Origin: Candidatus Obscuribacteraceae bacterium
Lineage (GTDB): Bacteria; Cyanobacteriota; Vampirovibrionia; Obscuribacterales; Obscuribacteraceae
Direction: 5' to 3'
Length of the DNA stretch: 64,000 bases
Assembly: GCA_044226015.1 (NCBI GenBank)
Contig: JBGAHS010000004.1
Span: 448,001-512,000 of the forward strand
Part shown: positions 48,225 to 61,007 of the stretch, piece by piece
How the letters are laid out: each line of letters starts with the position of its first letter
How positions within the stretch are numbered: the first letter of the stretch is position 1
Made by a program: the position numbers and the translations under genes
The notes under the pieces: model-generated
What the model saw: only the letters and a program-made list of their open reading frames with translations
Databases searched by the model: none
What the model was told of the DNA's origin: nothing

Positions 48225-48506
48225 TTGAATAAAGCTGATTTGGTAGATGTAGTTGCTAAGGAAGCCGGCACCACCAAGAAGGATGCTGAAACCGTGATCA
48301 ACATCATGATGGAAACCATCATTAAGACTGTTGCTCAAAACGATAAGGTTACCCTTGTCGGTTTTGGAACCTTCGAAGCTCGCCAGCGCAAAGCTCGTAC
48401 AGGTCGCAATCCTAAGACCAACGAGCCAATCCAAATTCCCGCCAAGAGAGTTGCCGGATTCCGCGTAGGTAAGGAATTCAGCGAAGCTGTGAACAAGAAG
48501 CGCTAA
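48225..48506 (+). CDS. hup: DNA-binding protein HU
   Basis: 'NKADLV', 'VTLVGFGTFE', 'ARTGRNPKT', 'IPAKRV'; probable TTG start at 48225. Confidence 0.95.
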   Translation: MNKADLVDVVAKEAGTTKKDAETVINIMMETIIKTVAQNDKVTLVGFGTFEARQRKARTGRNPKTNEPIQIPAKRVAGFRVGKEFSEAVNKKR

Positions 48507-48636
48507 TCACGCAACTTGAAATCACTCTAAGCTGAGTCTCTGGTTTCGCAGTCGTGGTCGCTTGAGTCACGGTCAAGTGCTAGACTAGCATCTTGCTGTA
48601 CGAAAGCGCACACATATCTGACGGAGCACCTGAAAC

Positions 48637-49611
48637 TTGGAATCCTCGAAAGTAGCTGTCATCGGCGTAGGTAATTGGGGAAAAAACCTTGTCAGAAATT
48701 TCGCCAATCTTGGCGTACTGGCGATGGTTTGTGACCAGGACGCAAATAGGTTAGCTGCTGTGCAGAAGGAACATGGTTCCGTCCGCGTCAGTACTGATCG
48801 ACATGCTGTTCTGAACGATAAAGAAATTAAGGCTGTCGTTGTGGCTACGCCCAGCGACAGCCATTTTCCTATCGCGAAAGAAGCCTTGCTCGCCGGCAAG
48901 CACGTATATGTAGAAAAGCCTATGGCGCGCGATGTAAAGCACGCTGAAGAGCTTGATGCGCTGGCTACAGAACGAAACCTCGTTCTGATGGTCGGACATT
49001 TGCTTTTGTATCATCCTGCCGTCAACTGTCTTAGGGATTTGATCTCCTCGGGAGAGTTGGGCGAGTTGCGGTTTATTCGTTCAGACCGAATGAACTACAA
49101 CCTTAACCGCAGAGATTGGAGCGTTTTGTGGGACTTAGCCCCACACGACATTTCAATGATGAGCTATATAGTCAATTGCGAAAGCGTTGATGCTGATCGT
49201 GTCGGCGGTTGGGATGCAGAAGGTCAGGGCATCATCGATGTCGCTTATCTTGACCTTCATTTTAGATTGCAAGGCGGTAGAACCATTCCGGGACAGATTC
49301 GCAACAGCTGGATCGACCCGCAGAAATTGGTTCGGCTTACTGTCAATGGCAGCCTGAAGACAGCCGTGTTGAACGACCATCAGGCGGACAACAAGCTATC
49401 ACTTCACAGTCTGACGAAGTCTGGACGTATGCTGGTGGAATATCCCGAATATTCCGACCTGGAACCTTTGCATCTCGAGTGCGAGCACTTCTTGAAGTGC
49501 GTTAGCACCGGGCAGCGACCACGGACAGATGCCAATAATGCTTATCAGGTCTTGAAAGTACTTTCCGACGTTGAAGAGCGTCTCTCAAGACGCCCTGCCC
49601 TCAAGGCATAG
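48637..49611 (+). CDS. Gfo/Idh/MocA family oxidoreductase
   Basis: 'VIGVGNWGKN', 'KHVYVEKPM', 'LMVGH', 'WDLAPHD'. Confidence 0.92.
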   Translation: MESSKVAVIGVGNWGKNLVRNFANLGVLAMVCDQDANRLAAVQKEHGSVRVSTDRHAVLNDKEIKAVVVATPSDSHFPIAKEALLAGKHVYVEKPMARDVKHAEELDALATERNLVLMVGHLLLYHPAVNCLRDLISSGELGELRFIRSDRMNYNLNRRDWSVLWDLAPHDISMMSYIVNCESVDADRVGGWDAEGQGIIDVAYLDLHFRLQGGRTIPGQIRNSWIDPQKLVRLTVNGSLKTAVLNDHQADNKLSLHSLTKSGRMLVEYPEYSDLEPLHLECEHFLKCVSTGQRPRTDANNAYQVLKVLSDVEERLSRRPALKA

Positions 49612-49697
49612 AGCGCTGCGTTAAGTTACTTAGCTGAATATTCACCTCAAGAATTGATCGAGCTTTTGAGTTTGCCATATAATTGAGAATCTGAATT

Positions 49698-49772
<75 letters not shown>

Positions 49773-50030
49773 TTTATTTCTTACGTCATGTGTCGAGTGT
49801 TGTGGTTGCAGCACTCGTTTTGACATTTTAGCCCTGCTGCTTGTTTGAAGCCTCTGCTCGTTGCTGCAGCGTCCGTGCACTTTCTATATATCCGATGGAT
49901 AGAAGTCAAAGGAATTGCTTGCAGCATGCTTCAACAATTTGCTGTTGCATTCCTTTTCTGTTCCATAAACTCGATTACTCGGGTAAAGTAATGACATTAA
50001 TGTCTGAGTGTTTTCTCTCAGACCCTTAAC

Positions 50031-50525
50031 ATGAGTCCGCCTGGGAGGCAAAAGATGAGCGACACAGAAGGTAAGCCTCAAGAAGACGCAGCCAAAAGCG
50101 CGGAGTCTAAGAAGGCTGCTATTGATTCGGTCGTTAATCGAAGAACGCGATGGCTTAGTAGTTTTGCTGCGCTCAAATATGTCAACAGCGTTCAAAGAGA
50201 TGAAGAAATCAAAGTTCGAGACAGTGACAAAGCCACTGCGATTTCTTTGGTTTTTTGCTGCGCGGGAATGTTGGTTTGCATCGTAGTCCCCGGATTTGAA
50301 GCGCATCGCGTCACCTTTATGTTGGCCGCTGATGCCCTGGTTGGACTCTCATTATTGATGTATGTGGCAAACAGATTTGGCATTGTCACTACTTTTGCCC
50401 CAAGACAAGCCCTTCTCACCTGGCAACTGATGTTGGGTTCGAGTTTGTTGGGAATATTCATGACCATAAATTTGGCTATGATAATTGCTTCTATTATTCA
50501 AAATTCCAAATTCCTGGCGCTCTAA
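50031..50525 (+). CDS. Hypothetical membrane protein
   Basis: About 3 TM segments; likely start at ATG 50056 after GGAGG. Confidence 0.65.
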   Translation: MSPPGRQKMSDTEGKPQEDAAKSAESKKAAIDSVVNRRTRWLSSFAALKYVNSVQRDEEIKVRDSDKATAISLVFCCAGMLVCIVVPGFEAHRVTFMLAADALVGLSLLMYVANRFGIVTTFAPRQALLTWQLMLGSSLLGIFMTINLAMIIASIIQNSKFLAL

Positions 50526-50922
50526 TTCGACCACCTGTGCCGCTTTTGTTGCTGCGGAATATTCTTGAACTGCCAGAATGTTTTCTCTTGGGCACTCGTT
50601 TGGGGGCGAACGGCGTCGAAGAACCATTACTAGCAAGCAGTAATTTGAAAGATTAGCAAAGGATATTAACTGGATATTGTCTCGATCCGTTTTCTTGCGG
50701 GTTTTGCTGCTTGGGTGGCTTAGGTAAAGCAAATGCTAAAGAAAACCGCCGATTCATTCGAGCACCTTTGCCTGAGGTGTTAGAATCGCCCTTTGGATTC
50801 GTGTACCCAGAGCTAATTTTGGCTGGCGAGCAGCCCTTTAGAAGCAGGAAATCGAGTCGCTACCGGCAGGCTCGCGTATCAATGTCGGATCGTCAAGCAA
50901 GATTGAAGGAAAAGGTCGGACC

Positions 50923-52257
50923 ATGAAGAAGACTCTCGAGAGAGAAGGCAACAATGTCGTAAAGGTTGGTGTGGAAATCGAAGCCGAAAAAGCAATGAAG
51001 GCTTACGAAGTTGCATGTCGCCAGGTTAGCCACAAGCTGAATATTCCAGGCTTCCGTCGTGGAAAAGCTCCTCGCAAAGTTGTTGAAAACAGCGTAGGCG
51101 TCGATTATTTGAAGCGAGAAGCGCTTGAGAACTTGGTTCCGGAAGTTCTTGGTCAAGTAATCATGGATGAGAAGCTCGACATTATCACCGAGCCTCAACT
51201 CGAATCTTATGAATTCAATTTGGGTGAGCCACTTCGATTGAATGCCAGCTTCGAAGTTCGTCCGGAAGTAAAACTCGGTAACTATCGCGGTTTGCAAGTT
51301 GAAGTGCCAGAAGCTAAGCTTCCTGAAGACGCTCTAGACAGAGCGCTCAAGAGCCTCGCAGAAGCACGCTCGACATTGAAAACAGTTGACCCCCGTGCAG
51401 TCGCAATGGGCGACACATTGTTGATGGACTTTGAATGTTCTCACGATGGAAAGCTTGTTGATGGTGGCAAAGCAGAAGGTCTCCTTTTGGAAATGAAGGA
51501 AGGCAATTTCCTTCCAGGTTTCTGTGAGCAATTGGTTGGCAAAGAGCCAGACCAGGAATGCGAAGTCAAAGCTACCTTCCCAGAAACATACAGAAATGCT
51601 GAGTTGGCTGGAAAAGAAGCTGACTTCAAAGTGAATATCAAAGAAGTTCGCACAAGAGTTCTTCCAGAAATCGATGATGAGTTTGCTAAAGGTATGGGAC
51701 AAGAATCTCTCGATACGTTGAAGAGCGCTCTCAACGAAAGAATGGAAGCTGAAATCAAATCTGAAAATGAAGCTAGAAGCCAGAAGTCTGTCGTAGACAA
51801 AGTTGTTGAATGCGCTGAAGTTCAGATACCTGACTCAATGGTTACTCGTGAGTGCAACCTGTTGATTCAACAAATCAAACGCTCTTTAGAAGAGCGCGGG
51901 CAGAGCTGGGAAGCTTTCGTGAATTCGAAAGAGTATCCAGAAATCTACCTTGAGAAGAAGAACGAAGCTCAAACAAGAGTGCTTACCTCGCTCGTTCTCG
52001 GTGCCGTGGTTCGCGCCGAAAACATGACTGTAGCTGAAGAAGAAGCTGCTCCTTATCTGGCAGAACTAGTTTCACGCTACAACCTGCCTGTAGAAAGAAT
52101 TCGTCAAGACGAAAACATCAGACGCTTCTTTGAAGGTCTGAGTAGGCAAGCAATGGAAGAAGCCCTGACACGAAAGGTCGTGGATTTCCTTCTTGCTCAG
52201 TCAGAGATTAATTTTGTTCCTGAACCCGAAGAGAAGGAAGAAGCAAAGCCTGAATAG
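50923..52257 (+). CDS. tig: Trigger factor
   Basis: 'IPGFRRGKAP' signature, FKBP domain ('FLPGF', 'FPETY'); lies before clpP. Confidence 0.96.
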   Translation: MKKTLEREGNNVVKVGVEIEAEKAMKAYEVACRQVSHKLNIPGFRRGKAPRKVVENSVGVDYLKREALENLVPEVLGQVIMDEKLDIITEPQLESYEFNLGEPLRLNASFEVRPEVKLGNYRGLQVEVPEAKLPEDALDRALKSLAEARSTLKTVDPRAVAMGDTLLMDFECSHDGKLVDGGKAEGLLLEMKEGNFLPGFCEQLVGKEPDQECEVKATFPETYRNAELAGKEADFKVNIKEVRTRVLPEIDDEFAKGMGQESLDTLKSALNERMEAEIKSENEARSQKSVVDKVVECAEVQIPDSMVTRECNLLIQQIKRSLEERGQSWEAFVNSKEYPEIYLEKKNEAQTRVLTSLVLGAVVRAENMTVAEEEAAPYLAELVSRYNLPVERIRQDENIRRFFEGLSRQAMEEALTRKVVDFLLAQSEINFVPEPEEKEEAKPE

Positions 52258-52404
52258 GTTTGCGGTTCCGAAAAGTGATGCCAAGCGCGAATTACAAGCT
52301 TGTAGCAAGATGAGTTTCTTGACACAATTTCATTAGCAGGTGATTTGCCCATCACAGTCATTTATTCCAACTAGAGAAAAAAGAAGGATATAAAAGAAGC
52401 GAAA

Positions 52405-53079
52405 ATGAACAGCCTCAATCCCGATCAAATCAGACGCGACCTGTACACAATTACGAGTATCGCACCAAGCTACTACTACCCACCCACAGTAATCGAAACA
52501 ACTGCACGTGGTGAACGAGCATTCGATATTTTCTCCAGACTCCTTCGCGAGCGCATCATATTTTTGGGCACTCCGATTGATGACACTGTGGCAAATATGA
52601 TTGTTGCTCAGTTGCTATTGCTCGAAGGTGAAGATCCAGAAAAGGATATTCGTTTGTACATCAACTCGCCTGGTGGCTCGGTAACTGCAGGCATGGGTAT
52701 CTATGACACCATGCAATATATTCGTTCGGATGTCACGACAATCTGTCTCGGTCAAGCAGCTAGTATGGGAGCTTTCCTCCTTTCTGCTGGTGCTAAAGGC
52801 AAGCGTCTTGCACTTCCTCACTCAAGAGTTTTGATTCACCAACCGTTAGGTGGTGCTCAAGGACAAGCTACGGACATCGAAATTGCTGCACGCGAAATAC
52901 TGCGCATCAAGCGCGAACTCAACGAGTTGCTCGCCAAGCATACCGGTCAATCTGTTAAGCAAATTGAAAAAGATACGGACAGAGACAACATCATGACGGC
53001 TGAAGAGGCGAAAGCTTACGGGCTGGTTGATGAAGTTCTTGCTAGACTTGATAATACGCCGAATCTTTCCGCAGTGTAG
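52405..53079 (+). CDS. clpP: ATP-dependent Clp protease proteolytic subunit
   Basis: '[14 protein letters not shown]', 'YINSPGGSV', 'AASMGA', 'IHQP', 'DTDRD'. Confidence 0.98.
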   Translation: MNSLNPDQIRRDLYTITSIAPSYYYPPTVIETTARGERAFDIFSRLLRERIIFLGTPIDDTVANMIVAQLLLLEGEDPEKDIRLYINSPGGSVTAGMGIYDTMQYIRSDVTTICLGQAASMGAFLLSAGAKGKRLALPHSRVLIHQPLGGAQGQATDIEIAAREILRIKRELNELLAKHTGQSVKQIEKDTDRDNIMTAEEAKAYGLVDEVLARLDNTPNLSAV

Positions 53080-53102
53080 CTAGATAGACAGGTACCAAAT
53101 TC

Positions 53103-54407
53103 ATGGCAAAGCAATCTGACAATAGGCTCAAGTGTTCATTTTGCGGTAAAAGCCAGGATCAGGTGAAAAAACTGATTGCCGGCCCGGGAGTGTATATCTG
53201 CGACGAGTGCGTAGATCTTTGTAATGAGATTCTCGATGAGGAACTCTTCGAAGGCGCAACGCCGCAACCCGCCCCTCAAGAGACGGGACTCCCTAAACTG
53301 CTCGACGTGCCTAAGCCCAAGGAGATTAAGAGTTTCCTCGATCAACACATCGTCGGGCAGCAGGCGGCTAAGAAAGTTCTTTCTGTAGCTGTCTACAACC
53401 ACTACAAGCGAATTAATCACAACGCAGAGCTTGCCGACCAAATCGAAATCCAAAAATCAAACATCATGTTGATTGGACCGACTGGTTCCGGAAAGACTCT
53501 GCTTGCGCAGACTTTAGCGAAATTCCTCGATGTACCGTTTGCTGTAGCAGATGCCACCACTTTGACCGAAGCTGGTTATGTGGGTGAAGATGTCGAAAAT
53601 ATTCTTTTGCGCCTATATCAGGCTGCAGATTTCGATATCAAGAAAGCAGAGCGCGGCATAATCTACATCGACGAAATCGACAAGATTTCTCGTAAGTCAG
53701 AGAACACCAGCATCACTCGCGACGTGAGTGGCGAAGGTGTACAGCAGGCACTGCTCAAGATGATTGAGGGAACGCTTGCAAACGTTCCTCCACAAGGTGG
53801 ACGTAAGCATCCTCATCAAGAATTCATCCAAATCAACACGCAGAATATCCTCTTCATTTGCGGCGGAGCATTCGTTGGTCTGGAGAAGCTCGTTGAGCAA
53901 CGCGTGTCGTCTGACAGAAGCATCGGGTTTGGTTCCGCTCAACCGCTGACAGCGTGGGAGCGAGAGCAACGCGCGAGCAAGATTCTTAAAGATGTAATTC
54001 CAGATGACTTGATGAAGTTCGGTATGATTCCTGAGTTCATCGGTCGCGTGCCAGTCACCGCAGTTCTCGATGCTCTTGATTTGAGTGCATTGGTCAGCAT
54101 TCTTGTTGAACCAAAAAATGCAGTCCTCAAGCAGTATGAGCAACTTCTGCAATTAGATGGCGTGACGATTAAGTTCGATCAGGATGCTATTGAGGCGATA
54201 GCCGAAGAGGCCCTGAAGCGCAAGACTGGTGCTAGAGCACTGCGCTCGATCGTTGAAGAAATAATGCTCGATGTAATGTATGAAGTTCCGTCTCGCGACG
54301 ACGTAAAGGTCTGCCACATCACGAAAGATCTTGTGCAGAAACGTTCTACTTCAGAATTGCTGCAGTTGCCTACGAAAGAAAGCAAACCTAAGGGCGAAAT
54401 AGCATAG
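53103..54407 (+). CDS. clpX: ATP-dependent Clp protease ATPase subunit
   Basis: C4 zinc finger, 'GPTGSGKT', 'GYVG', 'DEIDK', 'RKH', 'IGF' loop. Confidence 0.98.
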   Translation: MAKQSDNRLKCSFCGKSQDQVKKLIAGPGVYICDECVDLCNEILDEELFEGATPQPAPQETGLPKLLDVPKPKEIKSFLDQHIVGQQAAKKVLSVAVYNHYKRINHNAELADQIEIQKSNIMLIGPTGSGKTLLAQTLAKFLDVPFAVADATTLTEAGYVGEDVENILLRLYQAADFDIKKAERGIIYIDEIDKISRKSENTSITRDVSGEGVQQALLKMIEGTLANVPPQGGRKHPHQEFIQINTQNILFICGGAFVGLEKLVEQRVSSDRSIGFGSAQPLTAWEREQRASKILKDVIPDDLMKFGMIPEFIGRVPVTAVLDALDLSALVSILVEPKNAVLKQYEQLLQLDGVTIKFDQDAIEAIAEEALKRKTGARALRSIVEEIMLDVMYEVPSRDDVKVCHITKDLVQKRSTSELLQLPTKESKPKGEIA

Positions 54408-54487
54408 AATTGATTGTTGAGGCGACTCGCCTTTAAGCGACCTGGTAACAATCACGTGAGGATTGGACCTAACGGTTCAATTAGATT

Positions 54488-56896
54488 ATGCCCGAAATCG
54501 ATACCACGCAACCGTTTCCTCTTATACCTTTGAGGGACGTTGTTGTGTTTCCACAGATGGTTCAGCCGCTATTCGTGAGCCGTCCCAAGTCTATTGCTGC
54601 GATGGAACAAGCGTTGCTGAGAGATGATCGACTCGTCGTATTGGCAGCTCAAAAAGATCCTGAGTGCGAAGACCCCGCCAATGATGACGTTTATCAAACC
54701 GGCACTCTAGCCGAAGTTATGCAAATGTTGAAGCTTCCAGATGGCACCGTGAAGGTGCTTGTGGAAGGTTCTTGCCGTGTCGTCATCAACGAAATGATGG
54801 ATGGCGAAACTTGCTTTACGGCGCAGGTAACGGAGCAAAAAGAAGTCGTTAACGAGACAGAGCAAACCAAAACTCTAGTTCGTGTGACGATTGAAAAGTT
54901 CAAACAATTTGTTGAGACTACAAAAAAGATCAATCCCGAGAGTCTTCATGCAGTCTCAGGCATGGGTCAGCCTGGTCGGCTCGCGGATATAATCGCGACC
55001 TATCTTGGACTTGAAGTGGCAGAGCGCCAGCGCTGTTTAGAAATACTAGACAGCACTGAGCGACTAGAGTATGTCGGCACTCTACTCAGTCGAGAATTGG
55101 AACTGGCTTATCTAGAGCAGCAGATACATGATCGTGTGCGCTTCAATCTTGAGAAGACGCAGCGTGAATATTATCTTCGCGAAAAAATGCGAATTATACA
55201 GGACGAGCTGAATTCTGAGAGTGACCAGGTTGGCGAGATAGCTGAATACCGTCAGAAGATTGCAAAGTGTGGAATTTCCGGCATTGCCTTAGAACGTGCG
55301 CAGAAAGAACTGCAGCGTCTCGAAAAAATGATGCCGCAAACTGCAGAGGCATCTGTCATTCGTACCTACCTTGATACACTGGTGAGCTTGCCATGGGACA
55401 AGCGTTCTCGCGACATAATCGATATTGAACATGCCGAGGACATTCTCCATGAAGATCACTACGGGCTGGAAAAAGTAAAAGAGCGAATTCTTGAATATCT
55501 TGCTGTCAGGAAGCTTACAAAAGAACCGCAGGGGACGATTCTTTGTTTGCTTGGTCCTCCAGGTGTGGGTAAGACCAGCCTTGTAAAATCTATTGCGCGC
55601 TCGATGAATAGAGAATTCGCTCGCATCAGTCTTGGTGGCGTGAGTGATGAAGCAGAGATTCGCGGACATCGAAGAACCTACATTGGTGCTATGCCCGGAA
55701 GAATTATTCAAGCATTGAAGCACGCAGGCACGTCAAATCCAGTCATTTTGTTGGACGAAATTGAGAAGATGACACGCAGTTATCAGGGCGACCCAACTGC
55801 GGCTATGCTTGAAGTTTTAGATCCCGACCAGAATGAGCACTTCACAGATCACTATGTCGATGCTCCGTTCAGCCTCAGAGAAGTTTTCTTTGTGGCAACT
55901 GCAAATACGCTTGGTGGCGTGCCTCGTCCTCTGTATGACCGCTTTGAAGTGATTCAAATTTCTGGCTACACCGAGGAAGAAAAAGTTGCCATCGCAGAGC
56001 AGCACATCATTCCTAAGACACTCACAAAGCACGGGCTTGCGAATAAGCATTTGAAATTCAACGCTGTTGTTTTGCGAAAAATTATTCAAGAATACACTCG
56101 CGAAGCCGGAGTACGAAACCTTGAGCGAGCCATCGCGACAGTGTGCCGCAAGGTCGCTGTACAGGTCGTCAAAAAGAAAAGTACTGTTGTGAAGATGACA
56201 CCACCATTGGTGTCAAAGTATTTAGGACCTGCGAAGATAACACGCGACAGTGAAAATCATGGTGCTCAGGTTGGAATAGTGACTGGGCTTGCCTGGACCG
56301 AAACTGGTGGGGAAACGCTTTCCGTTGAAGTCAACGTGATGCCAGGAAAAGGAAAGCTTGCCTTAACTGGTCAGCTTGGCGATGTTATGAAAGAGTCCGC
56401 TCAAGCTGCGTTCACTTATATCCGAAGTCATGCTGAGCAACTGAACATTGACCTCGGTTTTGGTGACAATCTGGACGTACATGTTCATATTCCTGAAGGT
56501 GCTATTCCGAAAGATGGACCTTCAGCTGGGGTCGCTTTAGCCCTGGCTCTGTATTCTGCGATTTCTCGTCGTCCTGTCAAACCAAGCATTGCTATGACTG
56601 GCGAAATCACTTTGCGTGGCAGGGTTCTTGCTATTGGAGGCTTGAAGGAAAAGGTTCTTGCGGCAGTTCGTGCCGGAATCAAGACAGTCCTTTTCCCCAG
56701 AGCTAATGAGAAAGACCTTCAAGACATTCCTGACTACGTTACTGGCCGGGTGAATCTGGTTCCTGTTTCTCATCTCGATGAAGTGTTTGCTCTGGCTTTC
56801 AAAGTTCAGAACCAGAGCAAAAACTCGAAGAGCCCGAAAGCGAGCACGAGAGAACGAAGCGGCAATCAAAAATCGGCCCTGGGTCGGATAAAGTAG
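54488..56896 (+). CDS. lon: Lon (La) protease
   Basis: 'LIPLRDVVVFP', 'GPPGVGKTS', 'HRRTYIGAMPG', 'PKDGPSAG', 'IGGLKEK'. Confidence 0.98.
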   Translation: MPEIDTTQPFPLIPLRDVVVFPQMVQPLFVSRPKSIAAMEQALLRDDRLVVLAAQKDPECEDPANDDVYQTGTLAEVMQMLKLPDGTVKVLVEGSCRVVINEMMDGETCFTAQVTEQKEVVNETEQTKTLVRVTIEKFKQFVETTKKINPESLHAVSGMGQPGRLADIIATYLGLEVAERQRCLEILDSTERLEYVGTLLSRELELAYLEQQIHDRVRFNLEKTQREYYLREKMRIIQDELNSESDQVGEIAEYRQKIAKCGISGIALERAQKELQRLEKMMPQTAEASVIRTYLDTLVSLPWDKRSRDIIDIEHAEDILHEDHYGLEKVKERILEYLAVRKLTKEPQGTILCLLGPPGVGKTSLVKSIARSMNREFARISLGGVSDEAEIRGHRRTYIGAMPGRIIQALKHAGTSNPVILLDEIEKMTRSYQGDPTAAMLEVLDPDQNEHFTDHYVDAPFSLREVFFVATANTLGGVPRPLYDRFEVIQISGYTEEEKVAIAEQHIIPKTLTKHGLANKHLKFNAVVLRKIIQEYTREAGVRNLERAIATVCRKVAVQVVKKKSTVVKMTPPLVSKYLGPAKITRDSENHGAQVGIVTGLAWTETGGETLSVEVNVMPGKGKLALTGQLGDVMKESAQAAFTYIRSHAEQLNIDLGFGDNLDVHVHIPEGAIPKDGPSAGVALALALYSAISRRPVKPSIAMTGEITLRGRVLAIGGLKEKVLAAVRAGIKTVLFPRANEKDLQDIPDYVTGRVNLVPVSHLDEVFALAFKVQNQSKNSKSPKASTRERSGNQKSALGRIK

Positions 56897-57119
56897 TGTT
56901 CTTGTCCGTCAGGTGGCGCTATTTATCTGTCGCTTGACATCGGGTGGGGCAAAAAGTTGTCCTTTTTTGTCCCAAGTTAAACGTCCGAAATGCCTCCCTG
57001 TGAATCTTTTCCGGACTTATTGCAATCTTGCAATAATGATGAGATGAATTTTGTTTTTGGGGTGGCATAACACTCAATAGGCGCTGGGATATCTAGCTAG
57101 TTATGCTCGTGGAGAATTT

Positions 57120-58523
57120 ATGAATACCCCAAGTTCAGGGCCCGGTGAAAATCTGGATTCAGCTGCAAAATTGATGTTGGACGCTCTCTCCAAAGCGTCT
57201 TCCGAGCTGGAAAAAACTGTCAACATTTTGACAGAGCAACTAGTTAGTTTTAACCAGAATCTTGAAAAATCCTTCCAGGACGAACTGTTGGCGTCGCGCG
57301 AGAGAATGGAATCGGCTTTGCGAACCAACCTCGATGGCTTGATGCGCGACAAAGAAGCTGTGATGAAAACCATCGCTGAGTTCAAGCGCGCTGAGATTGA
57401 GAAAGTCATTTTGAGTGGCAAAACCGTTCGTTCAGGTCTTGCGGCGCAGGTTGAGGATGCAACCCGCGAACTTTCTTCTACTGTTGCAAGCAAGATTATC
57501 GGAATCAAAGAACATCTCAGCCAACCAGAAGCAGAAATCAAAAGCAAGCATGACGAACTCAACAAGGTATTGCTAACAGCAGTTTCTGAAGCGAAAGCCC
57601 AGCTTTTGAAAACAAAATATGGCGAAGAAGAAATGCTCAAAATGACAGAGAGCGATTTCGAGTCGAAGGTTCAGGTGCAGCTTGCAGCTGGTCAACAAGA
57701 ATTCGATTCACGATTCTCGCAAAACAGAGCTGAGTTGGCTTCTCACGGTGAGCAAGTTGTAAGTGAACTTGCTGCTAAGTATGATGAGGTGATCGGTCGC
57801 TTGGAGGCGTCCTATCAGGAAGGCATTAACGTCGTCACGAAAAGTAGTGAAGAAGCAAACAGCAAACTAAAAGGACTTGCTGATAATGGTGCTGAGTTTT
57901 TCACCCAGCAAGAGCAATCTTTTGCCGGAACATTGACCAATCTTAGTGAGTTGCTAAATGGGCTTTACGAAATGAGGTTGAATAATCTGGCAGCTCAGTC
58001 TCGAACAGAGATTATTTCTGCAGCACAGCACGCTGATGAATGCTTGATAGCAACCAAATCGGAGTTGCAGGTCTGCTTAAAGGAATTCCAGCGCGACTAT
58101 GTTGCTCAGTTTGAAGCTCTGCACACAAAATTCGAGAAGAGCCTCGATGAGTTTGCCAAAAGAAAAGACTCCGGTGCCATCAGAGGCTTGAAAGAAGAGC
58201 GTGTCAAAGAGCAACTTCATGCACTGTTTCGCAGGCTCGGTCAAGAAATGATCGACAGCTCAGCAGCAGCAGCTAATCGTCTTGAGTCAGAGTTCCAACG
58301 TTCAATGGATGCTTTTGAGCAGAGAATCGAAGCAGCTAAGACTCAGTCCTGTGAGTCGCTTGAACGAGAATGCAAGTTGATGCAAAAAGAATTGATTCGT
58401 ACCTTCCAGGAGTTTGAAAAACAGCTCGGTGACATGCAAGGTCAGGTTGCCCTCATTGAGAAACAGGGACGTGATGCAGCAAATATTGTTATGACGATCA
58501 GGCAAGCAAATCTTGAGTTTTAG
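57120..58523 (+). CDS. All-helical coiled-coil / apolipoprotein-like hypothetical protein
   Basis: 467 aa rich in E/K/L/Q/S with amphipathic periodicity; GGAGA RBS; no TM or signal peptide. Confidence 0.75.
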   Translation: MNTPSSGPGENLDSAAKLMLDALSKASSELEKTVNILTEQLVSFNQNLEKSFQDELLASRERMESALRTNLDGLMRDKEAVMKTIAEFKRAEIEKVILSGKTVRSGLAAQVEDATRELSSTVASKIIGIKEHLSQPEAEIKSKHDELNKVLLTAVSEAKAQLLKTKYGEEEMLKMTESDFESKVQVQLAAGQQEFDSRFSQNRAELASHGEQVVSELAAKYDEVIGRLEASYQEGINVVTKSSEEANSKLKGLADNGAEFFTQQEQSFAGTLTNLSELLNGLYEMRLNNLAAQSRTEIISAAQHADECLIATKSELQVCLKEFQRDYVAQFEALHTKFEKSLDEFAKRKDSGAIRGLKEERVKEQLHALFRRLGQEMIDSSAAAANRLESEFQRSMDAFEQRIEAAKTQSCESLERECKLMQKELIRTFQEFEKQLGDMQGQVALIEKQGRDAANIVMTIRQANLEF

Positions 58524-58541
58524 GCAGAGGTTGGTGAATAA

Positions 58542-61003
<2,462 letters not shown>

Positions 61004-61007
<4 letters not shown>
